From Eledone cirrhosa (Eukaryota): a stretch of DNA of 64,000 bases. Shown here one piece after another: positions 30,301 through 42,236 of this stretch. The stretch spans positions 1 through 64,000 of the forward strand of contig CAXHJY010000740.1 of assembly GCA_964016885.1 (NCBI GenBank). The letters run 5' to 3'. The notes under the pieces are model-generated. The model made no database searches. It was not told where the DNA came from and saw only the letters and a list, made by a program, of their open reading frames with translations. Numbering within the stretch: position 1 is the first letter of the stretch; every line of letters starts with the position of its first letter. The position numbers were made by a program, and so were the translations under genes.

Positions 30301-33300
30301 AACTATGTTGTATCCCACCCATAGTGCCAGAATATTCTCTTCTTGGACCCACATATGTTGTATCCAACCCCTAGTGCCAGTATATTCTCTTCATGGACCC
30401 ACCTATGTTGTATCCAACCCCTAGTGCCAGTACGTTCTCTTCTTGGACCCACCTATGTTGTATCCCACCCATAGTGCCAGTATATTCTCTTCTTGGACCC
30501 ACATATGTTGTATCCAACCCCTAGTGCCAGTATATTCTCTTCATGGACCCACCTATGTTGTATCCAACCCCTAGTGCCAGTACGTTCTCTTCTTGGACCC
30601 ACCTATGTTGTATCCAACCCCTAGTGCCAGTATATTCTCTTCTTGGACCCACCTATGTTGTATCCAACCCCTAGTGCCAGTATATTCTCTTCTTGGACCC
30701 ACCTATGTTGTATCCAACCCCTAGTGCCAGTATATTCTCTTCTTGGACCCACCTATGTTGTATCCCACCCCTAGTGCCAGTACGTTCTCTTCTTGGACCC
30801 ACCTACGTTGTATCCAACCCCTAGTGCCAGTATATTCTCTTCTTGGACCCACATATGTTGTATCCAACCCCTAGTGCCAGTATATTCTCTTCTTGGACCC
30901 ACCTATGTTGTATCCCACCCCTAGTGCCAGTATATTCTCTTCATGGACCCACCTATGTTGTATCCAACCCCTAGTGCCAGTATATTCTCTTCATGGACCC
31001 ACCTATGTTGTATCCAACCCCTAGTGCCAGTACGTTCTCTTCTTGGACCCACCTATGTTGTATCCAACCCCTAGTGCCAGTACGTTCTCGTCATGGACCC
31101 ACCTATGTTGTATCCAAACCCTAGTGCCAGTACGTTCTCTTCTTGGAGCCACCTATGTGGTATCGAACCCCTAGTGCCAGTACGTTCTCTTCATGGACCC
31201 ACCTATGTTGTATCCAACCCCTAGTGCCAGTACGTTCTCTTCTTGGACCCACCTATGTTGTATCCAACCCCTAGTGCCAGTATATTCTCTTCTTGGACCC
31301 ACCTATGTTGTATCCCACCCCTAGTGCCAGTACGTTCTCTTCATGGAGCCACCTATGTTGTATCCAACCGCTAGTGCCACTATATTCTCTTCTTGGACCC
31401 ACCTATGTTGTATCCAACCCCTAGTGCCAGTATATTCTCTTCATGGACCCACCTATGTTGTATCCAACCCCTAGTGCCAGTATATTCTCTTCATGGACCC
31501 ACCTATGTTGTATCCAACCCCTAGTGCCAGTACGTTCTCTTCTTGGACCCACCTATGTTGTATCCCACCCCTAGTGCCAGTATATTCTCTTTTTGGACCC
31601 ACCTATGTTGTATCCCACCCCTAGTGCCAGTATATTCTCTTCTTGGACCCACCTATGTTGTATCCCACCCCTAGTGCCAGTATATTCTCTTCTTGGACCC
31701 ACCTATGTTGTATCCCACCCCTAGTGCCAGTATATTCTCTTCTTGGACCCACCTATGTTGTATCCAACCCCTAGTGCCAGTACGTTCGCTTCTTGGACCC
31801 ACCTATGTTGTATCCCACCCCTAGTGCCAGTATATTCTATTCTTGGACCCACCTATGTTGTATCCAACCCCTAGTGCCAGTACGTTCTCTTCTTGAACCC
31901 ACCTATGTTGTATCCAACACCTGGTGCCAGTACGTTCTCTTCTTGGACCCACCTATGTTGTATCCCACCCCTAGTGCCAGTATATTCTCTTCTTGGACCC
32001 ACCTATGTTGTATCCAACCCCTAGTGCCAGTACGTTCTCTTCTTGGACCCACCTATGTTGTATCCAACACCTGGTGCCAGTACGTTCTCTTCTTGGACCC
32101 ACCTATGTTGTATCCCACCCCTAGTGCCAGTATATTCTCTTCTTGGACCCACCTATGTTGTATCCCACCCCTAGTGCGAGTATATTCTCTTCTTGGACCC
32201 ACCTATGTTGTATCCCACCCCTAGTGCCAGTACGTTCTCTTCTTGAACCCACCTATGTTGTATCCCACCCCTAGTGCCAGTATATTCTCTTCTTGGACCC
32301 ACCTAAGTTGTATCCAACCCCTAGTGCCAGTACGTTCTCTTCTTGTACCCACCTATGTTGTATCCAACCCCTAGTGCCAGTATATTCTCTTCTTGGACCC
32401 ACCTAAGTTGTATCCAACCCCTAGTGCCAGTACGTTCTCTTCTTGTACCCACCTATGTTGTATCCCACCCCTAGTGCCAGTACGTTCTCTTCTTGGACCC
32501 ACCTATGTTGTATCCAACCGCTAGTGCCAGTACGTTCTCTTCTTGTACCCACCTATGTTGTATCCAACCCCTAGTGCCAGTATATTCTCTTCTTAGACCC
32601 ACCTATGTTGTATCCAACCCCTAGTGCCAGTATATTCTCTTCTTGGACCCACCTATGTTGTATCCAACCCCTAGTGCCAGTATATTCTCTTCTTGGACCC
32701 ACCTATGTTGTATCCAACCCCTAGTGCCAGTACGTTCTCTTCTTGGACCCACCTACGTTGTATCCAACCCCTAGTGCTAGTATATTCTCTTCATGGACCC
32801 ACCTATGTTGTATCCAACCCCTAGTGCCAGTATATTCTCTTCTTGGACCCACCTATGTTGTATCCCACCCCTAGTGCCAGTACGTTCTCTTCTTGGACCC
32901 ACCTATATTGTATCCAACCCCTAGTGCTAGTATATTCTCTTCATGGACCCACCTATGTTGTATCCAACCCCTAGTGCCAGTACGTTCTCTTCTTGGACCC
33001 ACCTATGTTGTATCCAACCCCTAGTGCTAGTATATTCTCTTCATGGACCCACCTATGTTGTATCCCACCCCTAGTGCCAGTATATTCTCTTCTTGGACCC
33101 ACCTATGTTGTATCCAACCCCTAGTGCCAGTATATTCTCTTCTTGGACCCACCTATGTTGTATCCCACCCCTAGTGCCAGTATATTCTCTTCTTGGACCC
33201 ACCTATGTTGTATCCAACCCCTAGTGCCAGTATATTTTCTTCTTGGACCCACCTATGTTGTATCCAACCCCTAGTGCCAGTACGTTCTCTTCTTGGACCC

Positions 33301-33375
33301 ACCTATGTTATATCCAACCCCTAGTGCCAGTATATTCTCTTCATGGACCCACCTATGTTGTATCTACCCCCCAGG
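3337..33375. repeat. ~30 kb satellite array of ~600 monomers of 50 bp (CCCCTAGTGCCAGTAYRTTCTCTTCWTGGACCCACCTATGTTGTATCCMA) with higher-order structure
   Basis: Head-to-tail monomers throughout. Diagnostic 34-bp deletion monomers recur at spacings of 2268, 2268, 1768, 2268, 2468 and 8953 bp. Confidence 0.99.
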
Positions 33376-33895
33376 ACCAGCACTAATGACTACATCCTGC
33401 TCACACCACGTTGCCTATAGAACACCTTTCTCTTCATGGACATGCAATAGGGTGAAGCATTAACGGCATCGTTCTCTCTGGTTTTGGAGGTCTGGTGAAT
33501 GACATGGACACTGCCCTTTCCTTCAGACTTTCCAATTAAAACTTACTCTGACCAAATAAAATAAAATAAAATAAATACAAACAAACATATAATATTTACA
33601 TCTACAAAGACAATGGATTGGCAGAATCGTTAGAGCGTCGGACAAAATGTGCTGTAGTATAAATTACGGTTCTTAACGTTTTAAATTCAAATCCTTTTCA
33701 TCTTTCCAGCACCGGTATAGACAATCCACCCCCGCCACAAAAATATGTGACCTTGTTCCAATGTTAAACATCGATCAGGGCCAATGCTACCATTAGAGGC
33801 CAACTAGGTAGTCATCAAAGACGTAGACCTCAAAGAAGAACCTTACTGAATCTTAAAGGATCATATATTCATACAAATGCGTGCAATTAAATATA

Positions 33896-34056
33896 TAATT
33901 GTTTCTACTATTGGCACAAGGCCAGCAATTACCCAGTGTATTACTGGTACTTTATTTATTCGATCCCGAAAAGATGAAAGGCAAAGTTAACCTCGGCGGG
34001 ATTTGAACTCAGAATGGCAAGGACCGTACTCTATGCGTCAAAGCATGGCGTCCAAC
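33896..34056 (-). mobile_element. SINE, family A (B box GAGTTCAAATC, 3' end ...gtagaaacaatt)
   Basis: Near-identical to more than ten other copies in the window. Confidence 0.85.
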
Positions 34057-34530
34057 TTAAATATATAATATTTTTCGGCGATTAACAAATTAATTGCTAA
34101 ACATCTCTAACGCGCCACAGCAGTATTTGGGAAATATCCAAAGAAGTGGAGAAAGATAGTATGTTGTTATAGCATGTCGCATGATTTAACGGTGGTGAGT
34201 GTGGACTGTGTAGTAGAAAATGCAGGCTTAGTCATTTTCTTAGTGTGATTAAAGCAAGAAGTGTAAAAAAAAAAAAAAAAACTACAAAAAAAAACAACAA
34301 CAAAAAAACAGTTTGTCAGCTTACCAAACTGTAATTAAAATTATGAAATTTGAGAGACTGGGGCACACAACTGGGTGAAGGGGCAAATACTTTGCTGCTA
34401 TCCTAAGGCGCTAAATACCAATGCACTGGACCAGACATCAATATTTAGATCTATGCTACATTTAGATCGATTTGATTTCCAATCATCAGCTGTAGTATGA
34501 CAGTAAGATTGGATCCGAACTGGAAACCAT

Positions 34531-34860
34531 TACGGTCTGAGTTCAAATCCCGCCGAGGTTAACTTTGCCTTTCATCCTTACGGAGTCGATAAAATAAAGT
34601 ACCAGTAATACACTGGATAATTGCTGGCCTTGTGCCTAAAGTAGAAACAATTATTTCTACTAAAACGGTGAATGAGCAGTATCGGTAGAGCGTTAGACAC
34701 CATGCTTTACAGCGTAGAGTTATGGCCCTTTGCGTTCTGAGTTCAAATCCCGCCGAGGTTAACTTTGCCTTTCATCCTCACGAGGTCGATAAAATAAAGT
34801 ACCAGTAATGCACTGGGATAATTGCTGGCCTTGTGCTAAAAGTAGAAACAATTATTTCTA
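34531..34860 (+). mobile_element. Two tandem family-A SINEs
   Basis: gagttcaaatcccgccgaggttaactttgcc...gtagaaacaatt occurs twice, and ttatttctactaaaac follows each copy. Confidence 0.85.
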
Positions 34861-34878
34861 CTAAAACCATGTAAACAC

Positions 34879-35230
34879 AGCGTAGCCGAATGGTTAAGAA
34901 GTTTGTTTTGCGACCATTACGTCTCGGGTTCGATCCCACGGTGTGACATCTTAGGCAAGTATCTTTACCATAACCTCTGGTCGACCCAAACTTTGTGAGT
35001 AAAATTGGGTAGACAGAATCTGCGTGGAAGACTGTCGGGTGCATTATACCTGCATTTCAAATGCCTCGCCTGCTGTCACACGTTGTGTCATGTTGAATCC
35101 CCTGAGAATTACGTTACGAGTACACGTGTCTGTGTCTGTGGAATTCTAAGCCACTTGCACGTTAATTTCACGAGGAGATTGTTCCGCTGACAAAATAATA
35201 GGCCGGCTCATCGTCGGTGTCGACGACGGT
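34879..35230 (+). mobile_element. tRNA-headed SINE followed by the 3' part of another SINE
   Basis: A-box-like tagccgaatgg and B box ggttcgatccc. The 3' part matches 36640-36715. Confidence 0.65.
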
Positions 35231-35403
35231 CCATTCCAGTTGTTGTAAACGCCAAAATCAATAATGCATAGGTTAAAATTGTCGCCCGAAACCATTGCTT
35301 ATATTTCGTCTCCTTTAATTGCTCGTTAATGTTTATACCCCCCCCCTCCTCCTCCAAACTCTGCTGATTGCCACTTCAACTGTCTTCGTTAGAATGAAGT
35401 AGG

Positions 35404-35830
35404 AACAACAACAACAACAACAACAATATTAACAGTAATAACAGCAGCAACCATAACAGTAACAACAACAACATCGACACTAATAACAACAACAACAACA
35501 GTAACCACAGCATCAACGACAACAGTAACAACAACAACGACAACATCAACACTAATAACAACAACAACAGTAACCACAACATCAACAACATCCACAACAT
35601 CAACAACATCGACAACATCAACACTAATAACCACAACAACAACAGTAACAACAACAACAGTAACAGCAACAACAACAACAGTAACAACAACAACAGTAAC
35701 AGCAACAACAACAACAGTAACAACAACAACAGTAACAACAACAACAACAGTAACAACAGCAGCAGTAACAACAACAGCTGTAACAACATCAGTAACAACA
35801 ACAGTAACAACAACAACAGTAACAACAATA
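35404..35830. repeat. Degenerate (AAC)n trinucleotide microsatellite
   Basis: Directly visible. The poly-Leu and poly-Val ORFs are artefacts. Confidence 0.95.
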
Positions 35831-36058
35831 CTAAAATGCAATGTTGCTGAGATAGGATTGGAAGATTGTACGTGCTTATTGACCTAAAATATGCAAAGTA
35901 GAATTAATTTAATTGATCTGTAATTCGATCTCCTCAATAGTACTGGCTTTATTAATCAATTTCTGAAACAGGCGATCTATGTTAAACATTCAAAATGGCG
36001 GCTGTTTTGCTCTCTTCAAGAAACAAACTTTTATACATTTATCAAATTAATATTTTTG

Positions 36059-36715
36059 ACGTGGTTTAGTGGTTGGGTTGTTTGGTTCACGATCGTAAGG
36101 TCGTGAGTTTGACTACCAAGACCCTTTATTTCACGTTACTCCAGTCCATTGTAGCCTTGAGCAGGACACTTTATTTCACGTTACTCCAGTCCATTGTAGC
36201 CTTGAGCAGGACACTTTATTTCACGTTACTCCAGTCCATTGTAGCCTTGAGCAGGACACTTTATTTCACGTTACTCCAGTCCATTGTAGCCTTGAGCAGG
36301 ACACTTTATTTCACGTTACTCCAGTCCATTGTAGCCTTGAGCAGGACACTTTATTTCACGTTACTCCAGTCCATTGTATCCTTGAACAAGACACTTTTTT
36401 TTCACGTTACTCCAGTCCATTGTATCCTTGAACAAGACACTTTATTTCACGTTACTCCAGTCCATTGTATCCTTGAGCAAGACACTTTATTTCACGTTAC
36501 TCCAGTCCATTGTGTCCTTGAGCAAGACACTTTATTTTACGTTACTCCAGTCCATTGTGTCCTTGAGCAAGACACTTTATTTTCACATTGCTCCAGCCCA
36601 CTCAGTTGGCAAAAATGAGTTGTACCTATAATTCATAGAACCAGTCTTGTCACACACTGCATCATACGGAATCTCCCTGAGAACTACGTAAAGGGTACAT
36701 GTGTCTGTGGAATGC
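36059..36715 (+). mobile_element. tRNA/CORE-type SINE whose central segment is amplified as a 45-bp minisatellite (~10.5 copies, 36118-36600)
   Basis: Head gtggtttagtggtt...cacgatcgtaaggtcgtgagttt. Unit gtagccttgagcaggacactttatttcacgttactccagtccatt. A normal SINE body resumes after 36600. Confidence 0.85.
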
Positions 36716-37745
36716 ATATATATATTTATGTACATATATGTGTGTGTATGTCTATGTTTACGTTTGTGCTTGTATTTGTGTTTAAGGTTCGTAATCTAGA
36801 AGTTCAACAAAAAGAGATCGATAAAATAAGTACCAGACTTGAAAAAAATAAGAGGTCGATAGGATAAGCTAAATCAAAGCAGTGCTCGAGCATGGCCGCA
36901 CTCTAATGGCTGCAACCGGTAAATGAATAAAATAAAAGAATATAGTTTGATATATTAGACAGGAATGTAAAATATCGCAGGGTATATCGTTGGATAGTCG
37001 TAATATCGTCGGATAGAAATACTTCACGGTATTCATTTCGGCTCTCTGAGTTCAAATCTCACCCAGGTCAACTTTGCTTTTCAACTTTCCGAAGTCAATA
37101 AAAATAATAATCTACCAGTCCTATACTGGAGAGGATTCTTCCTTCCTTCAGCCCTCTTTTTCTGATGGGCTCTATCAGGTTTAAAAGGCCTAAGATAGGT
37201 CATGAATCATGACGGAGTCCCTACGATTCTATTGGGAGTTTAGGGGGCAACTGACAGTGATAAGTAAAAATCCCTACTTTTATTTATTGCAATAAAAATA
37301 TATATATGTTATTAAGACAACATACTAAATCTAATGATATTTATAAAATAAACAGTTTTCTTTACTGAACAGTTTTCCATTTTTAAATCTGGCTCATAGA
37401 CAAATTCGAGAGTTTTATTCTTTAACAATAAATGATCTCGTTCCCCCAATCCATACTTAATCTATCGATCATTTTCGATTGTTGCTCTGCAGATTTTTCT
37501 CATTCAGGTTCTCCTAATATATATTTCTTTCATTTTCATATTGCAGATGGAAACATTATTGTAAGACCCTGCCCACAGCAAATATTGATTTATATACTAT
37601 TGCTAGCTCCTACCTTCATCACATCATCTTTCTCTCACCCCTTTCTCTATCTATTTCTCACTCATTCTCTGTGTGTGTGTGTGTGTGTACATACACACAC
37701 ACACACACATATATATATATAATTACATATATATATAGATAGATG

Positions 37746-37796
37746 AGATTCTACAAGACTAGAACTGTTTCATTTTTTAGAAATCATCAGGAATCT
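37746..37796 (-). ncRNA. Type-I hammerhead ribozyme motif with decayed stem II
   Basis: Minus strand AGATTC-CTGATGA-tttctaaaaaat-GAAA-CAGttctagtcTTG-TA-GAATCT. Perfect 6-bp stem I and a GUA site. Adjacent to (TA)n. Confidence 0.6.
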
Positions 37797-38121
37797 GGCT
37801 TTCCAAAAATAAATGTTGTGGTATTTATATCTTTTCAGGGGGTAGGAGAGGGTGGGAGGTGGGATGTGTGGAGGTCATTGGTTGAAAGAAAAGGGAATTC
37901 ATTAAAAGCTGTAGAATATTTCATAAGAAAAATGGAAAACCAAGGTCTGGCAGAAATCGTCCTTGGTTTTCCATTTTTCTCATGACAGGCGGAATGAACT
38001 GGGGCCCAGAACTCAACGAAACTTGAATACCTGTTTATGTCACTGTTGTAATTATTTATACTAAACTCGTCCTATGGACTAAGTACTCTTACTCTTGGAT
38101 ATTTCCACTTAACTTTTACCT

Positions 38122-38152
<31 letters not shown>

Positions 38153-38157
38153 ATACG

Positions 38158-38435
38158 ACTTTTTTTAGAATAGTAATAATAATATTCGAATCGTTTGCAA
38201 TTATGCAAACAAGCCTCATTTTTAAAGCCATGTCAGTAGAATGAACCTCTCATTCTTGCTCTTGTGTTGGCATGTAAACAGAACTGCAAGCACTAATGTT
38301 TCTGGGTATTACCCTTCATCAGTATAGTTCACTGTTCACCTGCCAACTGTCAGAGCTAGAGAACATATATGATTTTTGTAAAATATACAGTGACTGGTCG
38401 GCTTGATTTGCATATTAGCAGACTGGCTACTAATT

Positions 38436-38440
<5 letters not shown>
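38158..38440 (-). mobile_element. Penelope-like pLTR remnant with a degenerate hammerhead-like core (38281-38330)
   Basis: Minus strand actata-CTGATGA-agggt-aat-accca-GAAAC-att. The segment 38160-38256 is homologous to the palindrome arms at 54684-54886. Confidence 0.55.
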
Positions 38441-38465
<25 letters not shown>

Positions 38466-38471
<6 letters not shown>

Positions 38472-38680
38472 AATGAGTGAAAAAAAACACGGATCGAGTG
38501 TACAGCCGATCCGTGTTATTCTTAAGTCATTTACTATTATTACTCCAAGAACCGCCTACCTAGGAACTGTCTTGAATCGGCCACCCTAACACCACAACTA
38601 TTTAAACTTCTTGTTGAGCCAAAGAACACCGAAAGTTAAAACTATCCTCGATACAGAGTACTCATAACCCCTACTTGGAT
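38466..38680. mobile_element. Degenerate fold-back element (~30-bp arms) next to (TA)n
   Basis: tagtaaatga...aacacggatcg pairs with cgatccgtgtt...tcatttacta. Confidence 0.55.
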
Positions 38681-38690
38681 TGCCTTAAAC

Positions 38691-38990
38691 CAGGGGTGTG
38701 TAACATATTCCATTGGTGGGCCACTTTTGAACATTGGAAAAACTATTAGGGCCAGTCACTGTCAAAATTATTTAATCTAATGAAAACACAATCAAATGAA
38801 AACCATAACGTCTTTCCATAACATGGAACTGGGAAATTATAACACACACAACCCTATCAGTGAAGCCCTTTAGTATAGGTCAACTAACAGAAAATTGTAT
38901 AACGGCTACGAAAAAAATTTTTAATAAGCCTTCAAAGTAAAAAGTAAAAACGGTCATCGCGGGCAACTCTGAATGGTCTGGAGGGCCTCC
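38691..38990. mobile_element. Probable hAT/Charlie-like non-autonomous DNA transposon remnant
   Basis: Starts caggggtgtgtaac...ggtgggccac, with cgcgggc...ggagggcc near the other end. TSD not resolved. Confidence 0.4.
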
Positions 38991-39073
38991 CTTGCCTTAA
39001 AAGATGCCTCGTTAACTTTATATATATATATATGTAGAGAGATGTGAGAAAAACCACAAACCCTCCATCTCAA

Positions 39074-39114
39074 TTCTACTTTTGAAAAGCAGAACTGCGA
39101 AACCGGTAAAGGAA
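39074..39114 (+). ncRNA. Degenerate minimal hammerhead motif
   Basis: ctt-TTGAAAA (two substitutions from CTGAAGA)-GCAGaaCTGC-GAAA-CCGG-TA-aag, with a palindromic stem III ACCGGT. Confidence 0.5.
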
Positions 39115-39245
39115 CCAAATAAATATATATTTTTATAAAAAAAAAGACTCCAGTTGCATTTTCGATTTCATCTTTTTTCCTTATACTTTCACTCGTGTAG
39201 GACACCTCGTTTTTTTTTCATTTTGTAAAAAAACCTCATTTTCTA

Positions 39246-39609
<364 letters not shown>

Positions 39610-39899
39610 GAGTGTGTGTATATATGTGTGTGTGATGGACTCTCCCGTCGTATTTCGACGTATGAGAGTTCGACAGTTTTCGTAGTTCAGTTTTTATGGT
39701 TATGCCTTTAAAGCCACTTCAGTCAAGCTGTTGATTTAGACATCAAGCTAAATTTAGTGCAAATGACCGGATTTTAAGTGGAGCAGGATGGAAGGTCTGG
39801 TCGAATCTTGGGGTTAGATCTTAGATCACGAAGATGGACTAGACGAGATTTTTAAAAGTTCTTTATACGTTCATGGTAAACAGTTCTCCATTTTCCATG

Positions 39900-40145
39900 G
39901 CCAGCAGCAGTTAGAGCTTCAAAAGAAGTAAGAGTTATGTTCAGATTTAAGATTGCACTTCAGTTTCTCTTTATATCTGAATAATGGTCTGCCTACAGTT
40001 ATTGCACCATTATGAAGTTGACTGTATAATTGTACCTCCGGTGTGCGGTCCTCAGTTATCTGGAGAACATGATCACCCCATCTAAGTTGTGATTGCATCA
40101 GAAATGATTCAATTTCACCAATAGTTGATAGACAAAGATCCCCTT
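39900..40145 (-). pseudogene. Old RTE/BovB-like LINE fragment (ORF C-terminal region)
   Basis: IESFLMQSQLRWGDHVLQITEDRTPEVQLYSQLHNG...GRPLFRYKEKLKCNLK. Confidence 0.85.
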
Positions 40146-40429
40146 TCTGTCGCAACAACAATTCTTTTTAACTCTTTTAATACCAAATATCCTGAAACCG
40201 ATCTCAATTCACTGGTATAAAACTATCGTATTTGTTTTCAAAGAGTTTATTTAAAAACTATCCACCATCATTTTAAGTAGGAACCTTTGTTGGTTTATGT
40301 TAAAACCAAGAGATAAATAAAGAAAATACTATTTTCGTAGGGAGTATATTTAATTAGAAATTATATATATTTTTTCAATGAATCCAGAAATTAATATATG
40401 TATGTGTTATATGGTCTTGACTGTGTTAA

Positions 40430-40760
40430 TTGGACGACAAAGTCACTTCAGAAACTCTACATTCCAGAACCACATCATGAGACTGGCAAGTGGACTCAGC
40501 GACCGTATCTGTATCAGTGAGCTACTCAACATTACCAATTACATCAATTGTCAAATCAAGAGTACTCAAACTATACGGTCATATAAAAAGATCAACTCGT
40601 GGTGTGAGTAGGTTATGCCTGGAAGGAAGGAAGGTTGGCTGGTAAGAGAAGCAGAGGCCAAAGCGATGGCTTGATAATGTCAACTTATGGACTGGACTTG
40701 ATCTTTTCTCTTTAAACTCTGCTGTTGGTGATCGAACTTTGTAGAGAAAAATATCTCATG
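40430..40760 (+). pseudogene. Degraded RTE-clade LINE 3' fragment
   Basis: Frameshifted translation RVLKLYGHIKRS...LCLEGR / GKRSRG / KRWLDNVNLWTGLD. Confidence 0.7.
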
Positions 40761-40829
40761 TTGATGCGCAGTCTGCAACTGGCGAAGTTTAGCGTCGAAG
40801 TCGGTAGTAGTAGGTAGTGTTGACTTACA

Positions 40830-41090
40830 TATGTAATAAAGGGTAAACGATAAAGACCTCCTTTGGGCATAAATGACCATGACTTTTGTACCAAGAAAGT
40901 TTCCCTTCGCGGCACAATGTTATTTAATGCAAGACGAGCAGTTGCCCATGCATACCAGTCACTCTTCTCTATGCCACCGATGTTGTTCAAGGGATAAGCA
41001 ATGGCCGATACAGCATGGCACCAATGAAGCTGCATCTCATTTCTTCAGCTGAGTGAACTGGAACAACTTGAAATAAAGTGTCTTGCTCGA
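40830..41090 (-). mobile_element. SINE fragment (CORE-like segment plus body)
   Basis: cagctgagtgaactggaacaacttgaaataaagtgtcttgctc matches 54298-54342. Confidence 0.6.
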
Positions 41091-41151
41091 GCCCTCTTTG
41101 GATTTTAGTCTTCAAATTTATTATTATTACTATATATATATATATATATAT

Positions 41152-41344
41152 ATAGGAACCAGTAAGACCCCGACGGCTGAGCTCAAGCTGTTTCGACGGC
41201 TAATTCTGTCCAGAATTAGCCGTCGAAACGGCTTGAGCTCAGCCGTCGGGGTCTTACTGGTTCCTATTACCCACTCTACTACCTAAGTATTGAGTACTTT
41301 GGTGCGTTATGGTCCACCTGGTTCCTTACCACATTTCCTTCGTT
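41152..41344 (+). mobile_element. Fold-back element family H1, copy 1: 57-bp arms centred on hammerhead stem II, plus unique tail, inserted in (TA)n
   Basis: Arms 41152-41208 and 41211-41267 with one mismatch. The right arm reads TAGCCGTC-GAAA-CGGCT-tgagctc-AGCCG-TC-GGGG. Confidence 0.85.
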
Positions 41345-41354
41345 ATATATATAT

Positions 41355-41575
41355 ATATTGTTATACTTGGGGAGGCTCATATTTGTGTAATATTGCCAGA
41401 ATTAATAACAGAACACACTCACTGTTTGGTTGGTTTTCGCTTCTGTGTCTTTTATATCAGTAATCTAATTTATTCGGTCCTCAACGTTGCCATTGACTGA
41501 CCAACGGTAAAAAATAATACAGATACAATATTTGTTTCGACACACGATTTCATATCAAAAACCTCGCAAAACTAT
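41355..41575. mobile_element. (TA)n-anchored pLTR-like repeat, family H2
   Basis: 41355-41522 matches 53833-54009 inverted. 41525-41574 is the inverted copy of 42047-42096. Confidence 0.75.
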
Positions 41576-41580
41576 ATATA

Positions 41581-41718
41581 TGAAGACGGCATATATATGT
41601 GTTGGTATGTATATTAAATTTGATAGTTTGTATAATTTTGTATAATTTTGTACATAGAATTGGCATGCATACTCAACAGATCTAACACATATATGTCCTA
41701 GAAACGATCGTTAAATAA
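41581..41718 (+). ncRNA. 5'-clipped hammerhead motif with a very long stem-loop II
   Basis: (a)TGAAGA-cggcatatatatgtgttgg...ctaacacatatatgtccta-GAAA-CGATCG-TT, with palindromic stem III ACGATCGT. C3 and the 5' strand of stem I are replaced by (TA)n. Confidence 0.55.
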
Positions 41719-41782
41719 TGAACTTTTTTTGTTTAATATAAGGAACTGTTTCATTGTTTTATTCATTATTTTTTTAATATTT

Positions 41783-41819
<37 letters not shown>

Positions 41820-42046
41820 GAGAAGAAAGAAGAATACTGCGTGGTTTGCACATGGGTTACATATGATAAAATTAGTCCCTCGTCAGTGATTTGCCAACCA
41901 TCATTGGTATTTCATCGCATTAAAAATCATATACCTCAGGTTGGTGCGAGCAATAACTAAAAAAAGCTATTGGGACAAGTAAATCGCGTAAAGCGAGTGA
42001 GACAAGTAAACAACATAGAAGGATAAATATATATATATATATATAT

Positions 42047-42152
42047 TAGTTTTGCGAGGTTTTTGATATGAAATCGTGTGTCGAAACAGATATTGTTATA
42101 CTTGGGGAGGGTCATATTACAACAATAATACCCTCCCCAAGTATAACAATAT
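42047..42152 (+). mobile_element. Family H2 fragment with hammerhead 3' half and a 23-bp-arm hairpin
   Basis: gtgtc-GAAA-CAgatatTG-TT. atattgttatacttggggagggt pairs with accctccccaagtataacaatat. Confidence 0.65.
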
Positions 42153-42170
42153 ATATATAGATTCCATGTT

Positions 42171-42236
42171 ATTCTTTCTGACGACTGAAGACAGACATAA
42201 ATATATCTGTCTTCAAGAAACCACTGGTAAATGAAT
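42171..42236 (+). ncRNA. Type-I hammerhead ribozyme
   Basis: ATTCTTT-CTGACGA-cTGAAGACAGA..TCTGTCTTCAa-GAAA-CCAcTGG-TA-AATGAAT. All core nucleotides are present, and the predicted cut is after 42229. Confidence 0.85.

Noticed and set aside
3159-33375. ORFs in the satellite, including neuropeptide-like GYNIGGSKKR repeats with dibasic sites
   Set aside because: The monomer is 50 bp, not a multiple of 3, so frames rotate and hit stops every few units. There is no signal peptide or exon structure.
3337-33375. CRISPR-like array
   Set aside because: Monomers are contiguous with no unique spacers, there are no cas genes, and the context is eukaryotic.
33540-33575. Minus-strand ttttatttggtcag-a-gtaagt resembling adjacent acceptor and donor sites
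   Set aside because: A single short motif in an AT-rich simple repeat, with no supporting exon or open frame.
41835-41895. Minus-strand CTGACGA as another hammerhead
   Set aside because: No GAAA follows the plausible stem II, and there is no convincing stem I.
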